22,290 nt of DNA from a virus. Taxonomy: Duplodnaviria; Heunggongvirae; Uroviricota; Caudoviricetes. The translations under genes and the position numbers were made by a program. The DNA lies in IMG/VR virus record IMGVR_UViG_2563366854_000001, positions 1-22,290 of that record. One strand, given 5' to 3'. The notes below the pieces were generated by a model. That model was given only the letters and a program-made list of their open reading frames with translations, searched no databases and was not told where the DNA came from. Below are positions 7,512-16,120 of this stretch, piece after piece (within the stretch, counting starts at the first letter, position 1; every line of letters starts with the position of its first letter).

Positions 7512-7775
7512 ATGTCATCTCAAAACTACACAGAGAAAGCAGTAAAAGCTGCGGGAAAATCTTTATCTGAAGTAGCCCGTCACTTTGGTTTTAAGTCCAC
7601 TCAATCCGTCGCTAATTGGGTAATTAACAATCAAGTCCCGTCAGAACGGGTTTTACAACTTTGTGAGTTGGGAAACTGGTCCGTGACCCCTCATGAACTG
7701 CGTCCTGATATTTACCCCAATCCAAATGATGGATTACCTGAGTGCTATTCAAAAGTTAGCGGTTCAGCTGCGTAA
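7512..7775 (+). CDS. Cro/YdaS-like HTH regulator
   Basis: 87-aa ORF with GGAGAAAGG upstream; divergent from cI across the operators; C-terminal ELRPDIY resembles the YdaS family (memory-based). Confidence 0.7.
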   Translation: MSSQNYTEKAVKAAGKSLSEVARHFGFKSTQSVANWVINNQVPSERVLQLCELGNWSVTPHELRPDIYPNPNDGLPECYSKVSGSAA

Positions 7776-7803
7776 ACGTAACCACAGAAACGAGGAGTTA
7801 ACC

Positions 7804-8355
7804 GTGGGTAAGCATCACTGGAAAATAGAAAAACAGCCTGAGTGGTACGTGAAAGCTGTCAGAAAAACTATCGCAGCGTTGCCGGGGGGTTACGCTGAAG
7901 CTGCTGACTGGCTGGACGTAACAGAGAACGCATTATTTAACCGCCTTCGTGCCGATGGCGATCAGATTTTCCCGCTGGGATGGGCAATGGTTTTACAGCG
8001 TGCTGGTGGCACTCACTTCATTGCTGATGCTGTGGCGCAGTCTGCAAATGGCGTATTTGTGTCTCTTCCTGACGTCGAGGATGTGGACAACGCCGATATT
8101 AACCAGCGTCTGCTGGAAGTCATTGAACAGATCGGCAGTTATTCAAAACAGATTCGTTCAGCAATCGAAGACGGTGTAGTGGAACCGCATGAGAAGACAG
8201 CAATTAACGACGAGCTGTATCTCTCAATTTCGAAGCTGCAGGAGCATGCAGCACTGGTCTACAAAATCTTTTGCATTTCAGAAAGTAATGACGCCCGCGA
8301 GTGTGCAGCTCCGGGCGCCGTGGCGTGTCGTGACTGTGGAGAAACTAACGCATGA
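7804..8355 (+). CDS. YdaT-like protein (putative CII-type regulator)
   Basis: Start placed at GTG 7804-7806, 7 nt after GAGGAG and just after the cro stop; the ATG-initiated 7693 ORF would overlap cro by 80 nt. Assignment is by position and size. Confidence 0.5.
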   Translation: MGKHHWKIEKQPEWYVKAVRKTIAALPGGYAEAADWLDVTENALFNRLRADGDQIFPLGWAMVLQRAGGTHFIADAVAQSANGVFVSLPDVEDVDNADINQRLLEVIEQIGSYSKQIRSAIEDGVVEPHEKTAINDELYLSISKLQEHAALVYKIFCISESNDARECAAPGAVACRDCGETNA

Positions 8356-8707
8356 ACAGTTTAACAACACACTACCGTCGCTCGCAACTGATTGCGCTTC
8401 CTGTACCGGGTGGAAAAGCGAAGGTGGAATATTGCTATGCAGTGAATGTACCAGGTGACAGGGAAATTGTAACCCACAGCTTTGCTGAGTGGGCTGTGGG
8501 TGATTTCAACCGGCAGAAGGAGACAGTCCTTTGCGACAAGTTAACCGCTGGTTCAAAGATCACTACGGAGTGCCCGTCAGAGTCATTCGTTGGGAACCGG
8601 AAACACAACGTGTTATCTACCTCCGCGAAGGCTATGAGCATGAGTGCTTCAGCCCGCTCGAACAGTTTCGTCGTAAATTCAGGGAAATAGAGGTCGGTCA
8701 TGAGCAC
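8352..8707 (+). pseudogene. Small gene with apparent frame discontinuity (frameshifted or mis-sequenced)
   Basis: N-terminal part is in the frame starting at ATG 8352 (ATGA-coupled to the upstream stop); the protein-like C-terminal part ([49 protein letters not shown]) is in another frame from about 8504 and ends at 8707, overlapping the O-like start. The frame-0 tail after about 8530 is Ser-rich junk. Confidence 0.45.
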
Positions 8708-9641
8708 TAAATTAACCGGCTATGTATGGGATGGTTGCGCTGCATCAGGCATGAAATTATCCAGCGTGGCAATTATGGCCCGCCTGGCTGATTTCAGTAA
8801 TGACGAAGGTGTGTGCTGGCCATCAATTGAAACCATTGCCCGCCAGATTGGCGCGGGGATGAGTACCGTCAGAACGGCTATCGCACGGCTGGAAGCAGAA
8901 GGCTGGTTAACGCGTAGGGCGCGTCGCCAGGGTAACCGCAATGCGTCGAATGTTTATCAGCTTAACGTTGCGAAGCTTCAGGCAGCGGCATTTTCTCAAC
9001 TGTCAGATTCTGACCCGTCAAAATCTGACGCATCAAAATCTGACCCGTCAAAATTTGATGCGTCGAAATCTGGCAAAAAAGCGGGTTTTCACCCGTCAGA
9101 ATCTGGTGGGGATCCGTCAGTAAAATCAAAACATGATCCGTCAGATAAAAAAACTTCTCGTCCGGACGCTTCGCAACCGGACACGCAGACGGCTGAACAG
9201 GATTTTTTAACTCGCCATCCTGATGCGGTTGTATTCAGCCCTAAAAAGCGCCAGTGGGGGACGCAGGATGATTTGACCTGCGCACAGTGGCTCTGGAAAA
9301 AAATCATCGCCCTGTACGAGCATGCCGCCGAATGTGACGGCGAGGTGGTTCGTCCCAAAGAACCGAACTGGATAGCCTGGGCAAACGAAATTCGCCTGAT
9401 GTGTGTGCAGGATGGTCGTACTCATAAACAAATCTGCGAGATGTACAGCCGCGTCAGTCGCGATCCGTTCTGGTGCCGTAACGTGCTCAGCCCGTCGAAG
9501 CTGCGGGAAAAATGGGATGAGCTTTCCCTGCGCTTATCGCCGTCCGTCAGCACGTACACCGAAAAACGCGAAGACCCGTACTTCAAAGCCAGTTACGACA
9601 ACGTGGACTACAGCCAGATCCCGGCAGGATTCAGGGGGTGA
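8700..9641 (+). CDS. Replication initiator, lambda O-like
   Basis: 313 aa; N-terminal HTH-like region; internal low-complexity linker encoded by tandem DNA repeats (iterons), as in lambda O; GAGG 6 nt upstream of ATG. Confidence 0.75.
   Translation: MSTKLTGYVWDGCAASGMKLSSVAIMARLADFSNDEGVCWPSIETIARQIGAGMSTVRTAIARLEAEGWLTRRARRQGNRNASNVYQLNVAKLQAAAFSQLSDSDPSKSDASKSDPSKFDASKSGKKAGFHPSESGGDPSVKSKHDPSDKKTSRPDASQPDTQTAEQDFLTRHPDAVVFSPKKRQWGTQDDLTCAQWLWKKIIALYEHAAECDGEVVRPKEPNWIAWANEIRLMCVQDGRTHKQICEMYSRVSRDPFWCRNVLSPSKLREKWDELSLRLSPSVSTYTEKREDPYFKASYDNVDYSQIPAGFRG
9000..9150. repeat. Iteron array: candidate phage origin of replication inside the O-like gene
   Basis: At least five tandem units of about 15 bp (consensus near CCGTCAAAATCTGAC) at 9001-9074, further degenerate copies to about 9145, followed by an A-rich tract (GATAAAAAAA). 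Confidence 0.6.
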
Positions 9642-9643
9642 TC

Positions 9644-10132
9644 ATGAGTCTTTTGAATGACGTTCAGAAATTCATTGAAGCCCATCCGGGGTGTACTTCC
9701 GGAGACATTGCGGATGCTTTTGCAGGTTACTCACGACAGCGCGTTCTGCAGTCAGCAAGCAAGTTACGTCAGAGTGGGCGTGTGGCTCACCGTTGTGAAG
9801 GGGATACACGCAGACATTTCCCGCGGCTGACTGAGATACCGCAGGAGCCGGAACCGCAACCAGTTCGTGAATCCAGACCTGTGCGCAATTTCTATGTCGG
9901 CACTAACGATCCCCGGGTGATTTTGTGCCTGACCCGCCAGGCGGAAGAACTGGAGTCCAGGGGCTTATACCGTCGTGCTGCAACGGTGTGGATGGCGGCA
10001 TTCCGTGAAAGCCACTCCCAGCAAGAGCGAAACAATTTTCTTGCGCGTCGTGAGCGGTGTTTACGGAAAAGCAGCAAGCGCGCTGTATCGGGTGAAGAGT
10101 GGTATCTGTCAGGGAATTACGTGGGGGCTTAA
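9644..10132 (+). CDS. Hypothetical protein, possible PerC-like regulator
   Basis: ATG 9644 overlaps the O-like stop (TGATCATGA); segment ESRGLYRRAATVWMAAF resembles the PerC-family motif (from memory, low certainty). Confidence 0.45.
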   Translation: MSLLNDVQKFIEAHPGCTSGDIADAFAGYSRQRVLQSASKLRQSGRVAHRCEGDTRRHFPRLTEIPQEPEPQPVRESRPVRNFYVGTNDPRVILCLTRQAEELESRGLYRRAATVWMAAFRESHSQQERNNFLARRERCLRKSSKRAVSGEEWYLSGNYVGA

Positions 10133-10458
10133 TGACGACGTTAACTCAATGCCAGCAGCAGGTGCTGGATATGCTGATTTCTTACCAGAAAGAACGTGGC
10201 TTCCCGCCAACCAATCAGGAGGTGGCTACCATGCTGGGATACCGTTCAGTGAATGCAGCGGTGGAGCATCTTCGCGCACTGGAGAAAAAAGGCGTCATCA
10301 CGATAAAGCGTGGCGTGGCCCGGGGCATCACGCTTCATACCGCGGTGAAGGACGACGACAGCGAGGTGGCCGGGATTATCCGCGCACTGCTTGCTGGTGA
10401 GGAAAACGCCAGGCTGCGTGCAGCCCACTGGTTACATGAGAGGGGGCTGAAAGTATGA
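10132..10458 (+). CDS. LexA DNA-binding-domain-like protein lacking the S24 peptidase domain
   Basis: MTTLTQCQQQVLDML...GFPPTNQEVATMLGYRSVNAAVEHLRALEKKGVI...RGI aligns by eye with the LexA N-terminal winged HTH (LTARQQEVFDLI...[36 protein letters not shown]); only 108 aa; TAATG coupling with the upstream gene. Confidence 0.75.
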   Translation: MTTLTQCQQQVLDMLISYQKERGFPPTNQEVATMLGYRSVNAAVEHLRALEKKGVITIKRGVARGITLHTAVKDDDSEVAGIIRALLAGEENARLRAAHWLHERGLKV

Positions 10459-10844
10459 AGCTGATTCTGCCTTTTCCACCCAGCGTGAACACCTACTGGC
10501 GACACCCCAACAAAGTGGCATTTGCTGGTAAGAGCCTGATAAGCGCGGCGGGGCGAAAATTCCAGAGTGCGGCGTGCACAGCAATAGTTGAGCAGTTACG
10601 TCGTCTGCCGAAACCAACGTCGGCACCTGCTTCAGTGGAGATCGTGTTGTTTCCTCCGGATAACCGGATCCGCGATCTGGACAACTATAACAAGGCGCTG
10701 TTTGACGCCCTGACCCACGCGGGTGTGTGGGAAGACGACAGCCAGGTGAAAAGAATGCTGGTGGAGTGGGGACCGGTTATCCCGGAAGGGAAGGTCGAGA
10801 TCACTATCAGTAAGTACGAGAAAACGGCGGGTGCAGCCGCCTGA
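10455..10844 (+). CDS. rusA: RusA-family Holliday junction resolvase
   Basis: 129 aa; LPFPPSVNTYWRH and DLDNYNKALFDALT motifs characteristic of RusA; ATGA overlap with the upstream stop. Confidence 0.9.
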   Translation: MKLILPFPPSVNTYWRHPNKVAFAGKSLISAAGRKFQSAACTAIVEQLRRLPKPTSAPASVEIVLFPPDNRIRDLDNYNKALFDALTHAGVWEDDSQVKRMLVEWGPVIPEGKVEITISKYEKTAGAAA

Positions 10845-10863
10845 TCAAGAGGAGAAACGAAGT

Positions 10864-11661
10864 ATGAATAATCTGATGGTCATTGATGGTATTGAAGTTC
10901 GTCGTGATGCTTATGGGCGTTACAGCCTGAACGATCTGCACAGGGCTGCCGGTTCTCTGGATAAGCATAAGCCTGCATTCTGGCTCCGCAATGAGCAAAC
11001 TGAACGTTTAATAAGCGAGTTGCAGATTTGCAACTCGGTCAATATAGAGCCAGTTAACGTTATTCGTGGCGGAAATAACCAGGGGACGTATGTCTGCAAA
11101 GAACTGGTGTATGCCTATGCAATGTGGATCAGCCCGTCATTCCATCTGAAGGTGATCCGTACTTTCGATATGGTAACCAGCGCATCGGAAAAATTATCCG
11201 GGCAGGCTGCTGACAAGATGCAGGCTGGCGTGATTCTGCTGGACTTTATGCGCCGGGAGTTAAACCTGTCTAACTCTTCAGTGCTTGGTGCCTGTCAGAA
11301 ACTCCAGGAGGCTGTTGGCTTACCGAATCTGGCACCGCGCTATGCCATTGATGCTCCTGCTGACGCGCCTGATGGCTCAAGCCGTCCCACGCTGTCACTG
11401 AGTGCACTGCTGAAGCAGTATGGTATCCGCCTGACAGCTAATCAGGCATATCACCAGATGGTGAAGCTGGGGATCGTCGAGCAGCGCGAACGATACAGCC
11501 GTACCGCGATTAACAACATCAAAAAATTCTGGTCGCTGACAGCGAAAGGCTGCATGTTCGGCAAGAACATCACCAGTCCCGCAAATCCGCGCGAGACGCA
11601 GCCGCATTTCTTCGAATCCCGATTCCCTGAGCTGTTAAAGCTGCTCGATACCGTTCATTGA
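10864..11661 (+). CDS. KilA-N domain protein (Bro/antirepressor-like)
   Basis: Start at internal Met MNNLMVIDG (GAGGAGAAACGAAGT-ATG); N-terminal KilA-N-like pattern (YSLNDLHRAAG ... GTYVCKELVYAYAMWISPSFHLKVI). Confidence 0.75.
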   Translation: MNNLMVIDGIEVRRDAYGRYSLNDLHRAAGSLDKHKPAFWLRNEQTERLISELQICNSVNIEPVNVIRGGNNQGTYVCKELVYAYAMWISPSFHLKVIRTFDMVTSASEKLSGQAADKMQAGVILLDFMRRELNLSNSSVLGACQKLQEAVGLPNLAPRYAIDAPADAPDGSSRPTLSLSALLKQYGIRLTANQAYHQMVKLGIVEQRERYSRTAINNIKKFWSLTAKGCMFGKNITSPANPRETQPHFFESRFPELLKLLDTVH

Positions 11662-11662
11662 G

Positions 11663-12658
11663 GTGACCGTGAGAGCACTATTGACCCCTGAAATTGCCCC
11701 GCGTATGGGGATCGTATTGTTCAGGCCCGGTTCAGAGCTGATGCCCCTGTTTATGCAGGGGCGTGTACTGCTGGAGCCTGAGCCGGAGCATTATTCATCT
11801 TTCGCCAGTGGTGCCGTTCCCGCGGCATCACAACCGCTGGCGGATGATCCTGCCGTTCGGGCCGTGTTCCGTAATGAGGCAGTGATTCGTCGTGCTGGTG
11901 GGGTGGAATGTCTTGAAAGCTGGTTACTTCGTGAAAAAGGCTGCCAGTGGCCTCATTCCGACTGGCACAGCGAGAACATGACCACAATGCGACACGCGCC
12001 GGGCGCAATCCGTCTGTGCTGGCACTGCGATAATCAGTTACGTGATCAGTTCACGGAGCGGCTGGAATCAATGGCAACGGATAACTGTGCCCGTTGGGTG
12101 TTGTCTGTAGTCCGTCGGGATCTCGATTTTAATGATAACCATGCCGTGACAATGCCGGAACTGTGCTGGTGGCTGGTTCGTAATGACCTGGCGGATGCCT
12201 TACCGGAAAGCGCAGCCCGTAAGGCACTGAGATTACCGAAGTCTGTTTTGCCGTCTGTCACCCGGGAAAGTGACCTTGTGCCTTCGGTTCCTGCCACCAG
12301 CATTATCCAGGATAAAGCGAAAAAGGTGCTGGCGCTGAAAGTGGATCCGGAGTCGCCGGAGTCTTTTATGTTACGCCCCAAACGTCGTCGCTGGGTTAAT
12401 GAACAGTACACGCGCTGGGTTAAGACGCAGCCGTGTGCATGTTGTGGAAAGCCAGCTGATGATCCGCATCATCTGATAGGCCATGGTCAGGGTGGAATGG
12501 GTACAAAAGCGCATGACCTTTTTGTGCTGCCTTTGTGCAGAAAACACCACGACGAACTGCATGCGGATACCGTGGCATTTGAAGAGAAGTATGGCTCCCA
12601 GCTGGAGCTGATATTTCGTTTTATCGATCGCGCACTGGCGATTGGTGTGCTGGCCTGA
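11663..12658 (+). CDS. HNH-motif phage protein (DUF968-like)
   Basis: C-terminal [21 protein letters not shown]...[10 protein letters not shown] is Cys/His HNH-like; start uncertain (GTG 11663 or downstream ATG 11705). Confidence 0.65.
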   Translation: MTVRALLTPEIAPRMGIVLFRPGSELMPLFMQGRVLLEPEPEHYSSFASGAVPAASQPLADDPAVRAVFRNEAVIRRAGGVECLESWLLREKGCQWPHSDWHSENMTTMRHAPGAIRLCWHCDNQLRDQFTERLESMATDNCARWVLSVVRRDLDFNDNHAVTMPELCWWLVRNDLADALPESAARKALRLPKSVLPSVTRESDLVPSVPATSIIQDKAKKVLALKVDPESPESFMLRPKRRRWVNEQYTRWVKTQPCACCGKPADDPHHLIGHGQGGMGTKAHDLFVLPLCRKHHDELHADTVAFEEKYGSQLELIFRFIDRALAIGVLA

Positions 12659-12675
12659 TTTTGTGGAGAAAGTTA

Positions 12676-13059
12676 ATGCGTGATATTCAGATGGTTCTTG
12701 AACGTTGGGGAGCGTGGGCGGCTAATAATCATGAAGATGTGGCCTGGTCGTCCATTGCCGCCGGTTTTAAGGGATTAATTCCTTCAAAAGTAAAATCTCG
12801 CCCGCATTGTTGTGACGATGACGCGATGATCATTTGCGGGTGCATGGCCCGTCTGAAAAAGAACAACAGCGATTTACACGATTTATTAGTAGATTATTAT
12901 GTATGTGGTATGACATTCATGTCACTGGCAAGTAAGCATTGCTGCTCGGATGGTTATATCGGGAAAAGGTTACAGAAGGCTGAGGGCATAATTGAAGGGA
13001 TGTTAATGGCATTAGATATCCGGTTAGATATGGATATCGTTGCTAATAATTCTAATTGA
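12676..13059 (+). CDS. Q: Late-gene antiterminator Q
   Basis: Start at [22 protein letters not shown] (GGAGA-N7-ATG); Q-family-like sequence with Cys-rich zinc-binding region; sits upstream of a hairpin terminator and the lysis cassette. Confidence 0.8.
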   Translation: MRDIQMVLERWGAWAANNHEDVAWSSIAAGFKGLIPSKVKSRPHCCDDDAMIICGCMARLKKNNSDLHDLLVDYYVCGMTFMSLASKHCCSDGYIGKRLQKAEGIIEGMLMALDIRLDMDIVANNSN

Positions 13060-13197
13060 TATGCAATTGTTTACTAAAAGTTATTAAAAATGGGGCGTGG
13101 AAACGCCCCCAAAATAAAGGGTAATATATAACAGAAGGTTTATATAGTAAGAAGCAAGGTAGTGCTTCTAAAGGAAGTGGCTTGAGGGCTCCACTTA

Positions 13198-13245
13198 TAT
13201 GTTGCGGAGGCAAAGCCTCCCGCAACATATCTTTTTCGTAAGTCA
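13198..13245 (+). terminator. Strong rho-independent terminator (tR'-like) downstream of Q
   Basis: ATATGTTGCGGAGGC-AAA-GCCTCCCGCAACATAT followed by CTTTTTCG. A second hairpin GGGGCGT-GGAA-ACGCCCC at 13092-13109 has a U-tract on the opposite strand and may terminate the porin transcript. Confidence 0.6.
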
Positions 13246-13247
13246 GA

Positions 13248-14330
13248 TTAGAACTGATAAACCAGACCTACAGCGACGATGTCGTCGGTATCAATACCAG
13301 CTGTTTTGGTAAACTTACTATCGTCAATTAAGTTGATTTTGTAATCAACAAAAGTAGACATGTTTTTATTAAAGTAGTAAGTAGCACCGACATCGACATA
13401 CTTGACTAAGTCTCGGTCACCATGAACACCAAGGTCTTTACCTTTTGACTGAAGGTAAGCAACAGATGGGCGCAGACCGAAGTCAAACTGATATTGTGCT
13501 ACTGCTTCAAAGTTTTGTGCTTTGTTTGCAATATGGTTATTACCAAAAACGGTCATATTCTGAGTTTCAGAATATGTGGTAGCCAGATAGATATTGTTCG
13601 CATCATATTTCAGGCCTGCAGCCCATACTTCCGCATTTTTGCCGGAGGCATTGAATTTGCTCTTACCATAGGCGACCTGACCGTCAGTGCGATCTGATTT
13701 AGCATAGGTTGCACCCACGCCGAATCCTTCATACTCATAAGTAGTGGAGAAACCGAAACCATCACCATTGGCTTCAGTTACGTCAGTGCGGTCATTTTTA
13801 CCCTGATACTGAGCAGCAAAGTTCAGGCCATCGACCAGACCAAAGAAGTCGTTGTTACGATAAGTTGCAACACCAGTAGTGCGACCAGTCATGAACACAT
13901 CTGTTTGGGTCCAGGTATCACCACCGAATTCTGGCAGAACGTCAGTCCACGCACCGATGTCGTATGCTACACCGTAGTTACGGCCGTAATCGATGGAGCC
14001 GTAATCACCAAATTTCAGGCCTGCAAATGCAAGACGGGTTTTGTCTTTGGAAGAACCTTGAGATTCAGCACGGTTGCCTTTGAATTCATATTCCCACTGA
14101 CCGAAACCAGTCAGTTGATCGTTGATTTGGGTTTCACCTTTGAAGCCAAGACGGGCATAAGTAGTATCACCATCATCTGCATCATTAGAGGAGAAGTAGT
14201 GCTTGGCATTAACTTTCCCGTATAGATCCAGCTTGTTACTGTCTTTATTATAAATTTCAGCTGCCTGAGCAGACATCGCCATCAGTACTGATGCAGCTAC
14301 AGCAGAAATTGCCACTGTTAATTTTTTCAT
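13248..14330 (-). CDS. nmpC: Outer-membrane general porin, OmpC/NmpC family (lysogenic-conversion moron)
   Basis: Start at internal Met [23 protein letters not shown] (signal peptide); porin hallmarks AEIYNKD...LDLYGKV and C-terminal GLVYQF; lies between Q and the holin, as nmpC does in DLP12-type prophages. Confidence 0.85.
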   Translation of the reverse strand: MKKLTVAISAVAASVLMAMSAQAAEIYNKDSNKLDLYGKVNAKHYFSSNDADDGDTTYARLGFKGETQINDQLTGFGQWEYEFKGNRAESQGSSKDKTRLAFAGLKFGDYGSIDYGRNYGVAYDIGAWTDVLPEFGGDTWTQTDVFMTGRTTGVATYRNNDFFGLVDGLNFAAQYQGKNDRTDVTEANGDGFGFSTTYEYEGFGVGATYAKSDRTDGQVAYGKSKFNASGKNAEVWAAGLKYDANNIYLATTYSETQNMTVFGNNHIANKAQNFEAVAQYQFDFGLRPSVAYLQSKGKDLGVHGDRDLVKYVDVGATYYFNKNMSTFVDYKINLIDDSKFTKTAGIDTDDIVAVGLVYQF

Positions 14331-14756
14331 TGTACGCCCTTTTTTTGAACTATTATTAAAAAATGATGTCACTGCGCGATAAATATTCATCTAATCAATG
14401 TGATTATTTCAAGATGTAAGTTTTAGTTTCTCATTTAATTTGTGAAGTAGATCTCTATTTTTATCTGAACCTTTTCTATCTAATCCTATTCATGGCTCTT
14501 GTCTGAACAAAAATAAATCTATTAGCTAATTTATATTAATGGCACTTATTTATAAGTGCTCTATAATTCTTTAGCTTAATTTAAACAAACTAAAAATAAC
14601 ATCGGAAATTATTAACTGATTATTTGTTGAAGTTTTCTTATGTATTTGTGGTGGTGTTTTGAACACTCGGTGGCATTCTCACAAATATCATTTAGTAGTT
14701 TACGTACGTAAAAAATTGGTTATGCTGTTAAGAGTGGTTACTTCGTCACACAGCTT

Positions 14757-14790
14757 AAACCCGCCGTCGAGCGGGTTTTTCCATTTTTTG
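14757..14790 (+). terminator. Hairpin with U-tract upstream of the lysis cassette
   Basis: AAACCCGC-CGTCGA-GCGGGTTTTT followed by CCATTTTTT. Confidence 0.4.
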
Positions 14791-14918
14791 AGTCTCGATA
14801 TTAGCTGATAACCCAATACCTGAGTTATTCACTGACTCCGAATCTGTTACGTTTCTGCCTTTATTGCGATACGTAATATCCCCTTAATTTACACCCGCTT
14901 TGTCTGCGAGGTGGGGTT

Positions 14919-15134
14919 ATGAAATCCATGGATAAGTTAACAACGGGTGTCGCCTATGGCACCTCAGCAGGTAGTGCCGGTTACTGGTTTTTACAGCTGC
15001 TCGATAAAGTCACGCCCTCACAGTGGGCAGCAATAGGTGTGCTGGGTAGCCTGGTATTTGGCCTGCTGACGTACCTGACAAACCTTTATTTCAAGATTAA
15101 AGAAGATAAGCGCAAGGCTGCGAGAGGTGAATAA
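14919..15134 (+). CDS. Class II holin, phage-21 S-type pinholin with dual-start motif
   Basis: 71 aa, [29 protein letters not shown]...; Met1-Lys-Ser-Met4 dual start; two TM segments; charged C-terminus. Confidence 0.9.
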
Positions 15135-15631
15135 TGCCTCCATCATTACGAAAAGCCGTTGCTGCTGCTATTGGTGGCGGAGCAATTGCTATAGCATCAG
15201 TGTTAATCACTGGCCCAAGTGGTAACGATGGTCTGGAAGGTGTCAGCTACATACCATACAAAGATATTGTTGGTGTATGGACTGTATGTCACGGGCATAC
15301 AGGAAAAGACATCATGCTCGGTAAAACGTATACCAAAGCAGAATGCAAAGCCCTCCTGAATAAAGACCTTGCCACGGTCGCCAGACAAATTAACCCGTAC
15401 ATCAAAGTCGATATACCGGAAACAATGCGCGGCGCTCTTTACTCATTCGTTTACAACGTGGGTGCTGGCAATTTCAGAACATCGACGCTTCTTCGCAAAA
15501 TAAACCAGGGCGATATCAAAGGCGCATGTGATCAGCTACGTCGCTGGACATATGCTGGCGGTAAGCAATGGAAAGGTCTCATGACTCGTCGTGAGATTGA
15601 GCGTGAAATCTGTTTGTGGGGTCAGCAATGA
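15134..15631 (+). CDS. SAR endolysin (lysozyme with N-terminal signal-anchor-release domain)
   Basis: 165 aa; Gly/Ala-rich weakly hydrophobic N-terminus ([20 protein letters not shown]) followed by a lysozyme-like domain; TAATG coupling to the holin. Confidence 0.9.
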   Translation: MPPSLRKAVAAAIGGGAIAIASVLITGPSGNDGLEGVSYIPYKDIVGVWTVCHGHTGKDIMLGKTYTKAECKALLNKDLATVARQINPYIKVDIPETMRGALYSFVYNVGAGNFRTSTLLRKINQGDIKGACDQLRRWTYAGGKQWKGLMTRREIEREICLWGQQ

Positions 15632-16089
15632 ACAGAGTAACCGCGATTATCTCCGCTCTGGTTATCTGCATCATCGTCTGCCTGTCATGGGCTGTTAATC
15701 ATTACCGTGATAACGCCATTACCTACAAAGCCCAGCGCGACAAAAATGCCAGAGAACTGAAGCTGGCGAACGCGGCAATTACTGACATGCAGATGCGTCA
15801 GCGTGATGTTGCTGCGCTCGATGCAAAATACACGAAGGAGTTAGCTGATGCGAAAGCTGAAAATGATGCTCTGCGTGATGATGTTGCCGCTGGTCGTCGT
15901 CGGTTGCACATCAAAGCAGTCTGTCAGTCAGTGCGTGAAGCCACCACCGCCTCCGGCGTGGATAATGCAGCCTCCCCCCGACTGGCAGACACCGCTGAAC
16001 GGGATTATTTCACCCTCAGAGAGAGGCTGATCACTATGCAAAAACAACTGGAAGGAACCCAGAAGTATATTAATGAGCAGTGCAGATAG
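15628..16089 (+). CDS. Rz-type i-spanin
   Basis: ATGA overlap with the endolysin stop; N-terminal TM helix followed by coiled-coil-like periplasmic domain. Confidence 0.8.
   Translation: MNRVTAIISALVICIIVCLSWAVNHYRDNAITYKAQRDKNARELKLANAAITDMQMRQRDVAALDAKYTKELADAKAENDALRDDVAAGRRRLHIKAVCQSVREATTASGVDNAASPRLADTAERDYFTLRERLITMQKQLEGTQKYINEQCR
15848..16030 (+). CDS. Rz1-type o-spanin lipoprotein, embedded in Rz in the +1 frame
   Basis: 60-aa ORF wholly inside Rz; lipobox LVVVGC; proline-rich mature region ([15 protein letters not shown]). Confidence 0.75.
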   Translation: MRKLKMMLCVMMLPLVVVGCTSKQSVSQCVKPPPPPAWIMQPPPDWQTPLNGIISPSERG

Positions 16090-16120
16090 AGCTGCCCATA
16101 TCGATGGGCAACTCATGCAA

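Noticed and set aside
8189-8458. 89-aa ORF encoding CxxC...CxxC (possible zinc ribbon) overlapping the YdaT-like 3' end and the next gene
   Set aside because: It overlaps two better-supported genes that are translationally coupled to each other; it may be a chance frame or part of the unresolved frame problem reported at 8352-8707.
9000-9150. Tandem short repeats considered as a possible CRISPR array
   Set aside because: Units are about 15 bp with no spacers of unique sequence, lie inside a coding gene and encode a low-complexity linker; consistent with replication-origin iterons.
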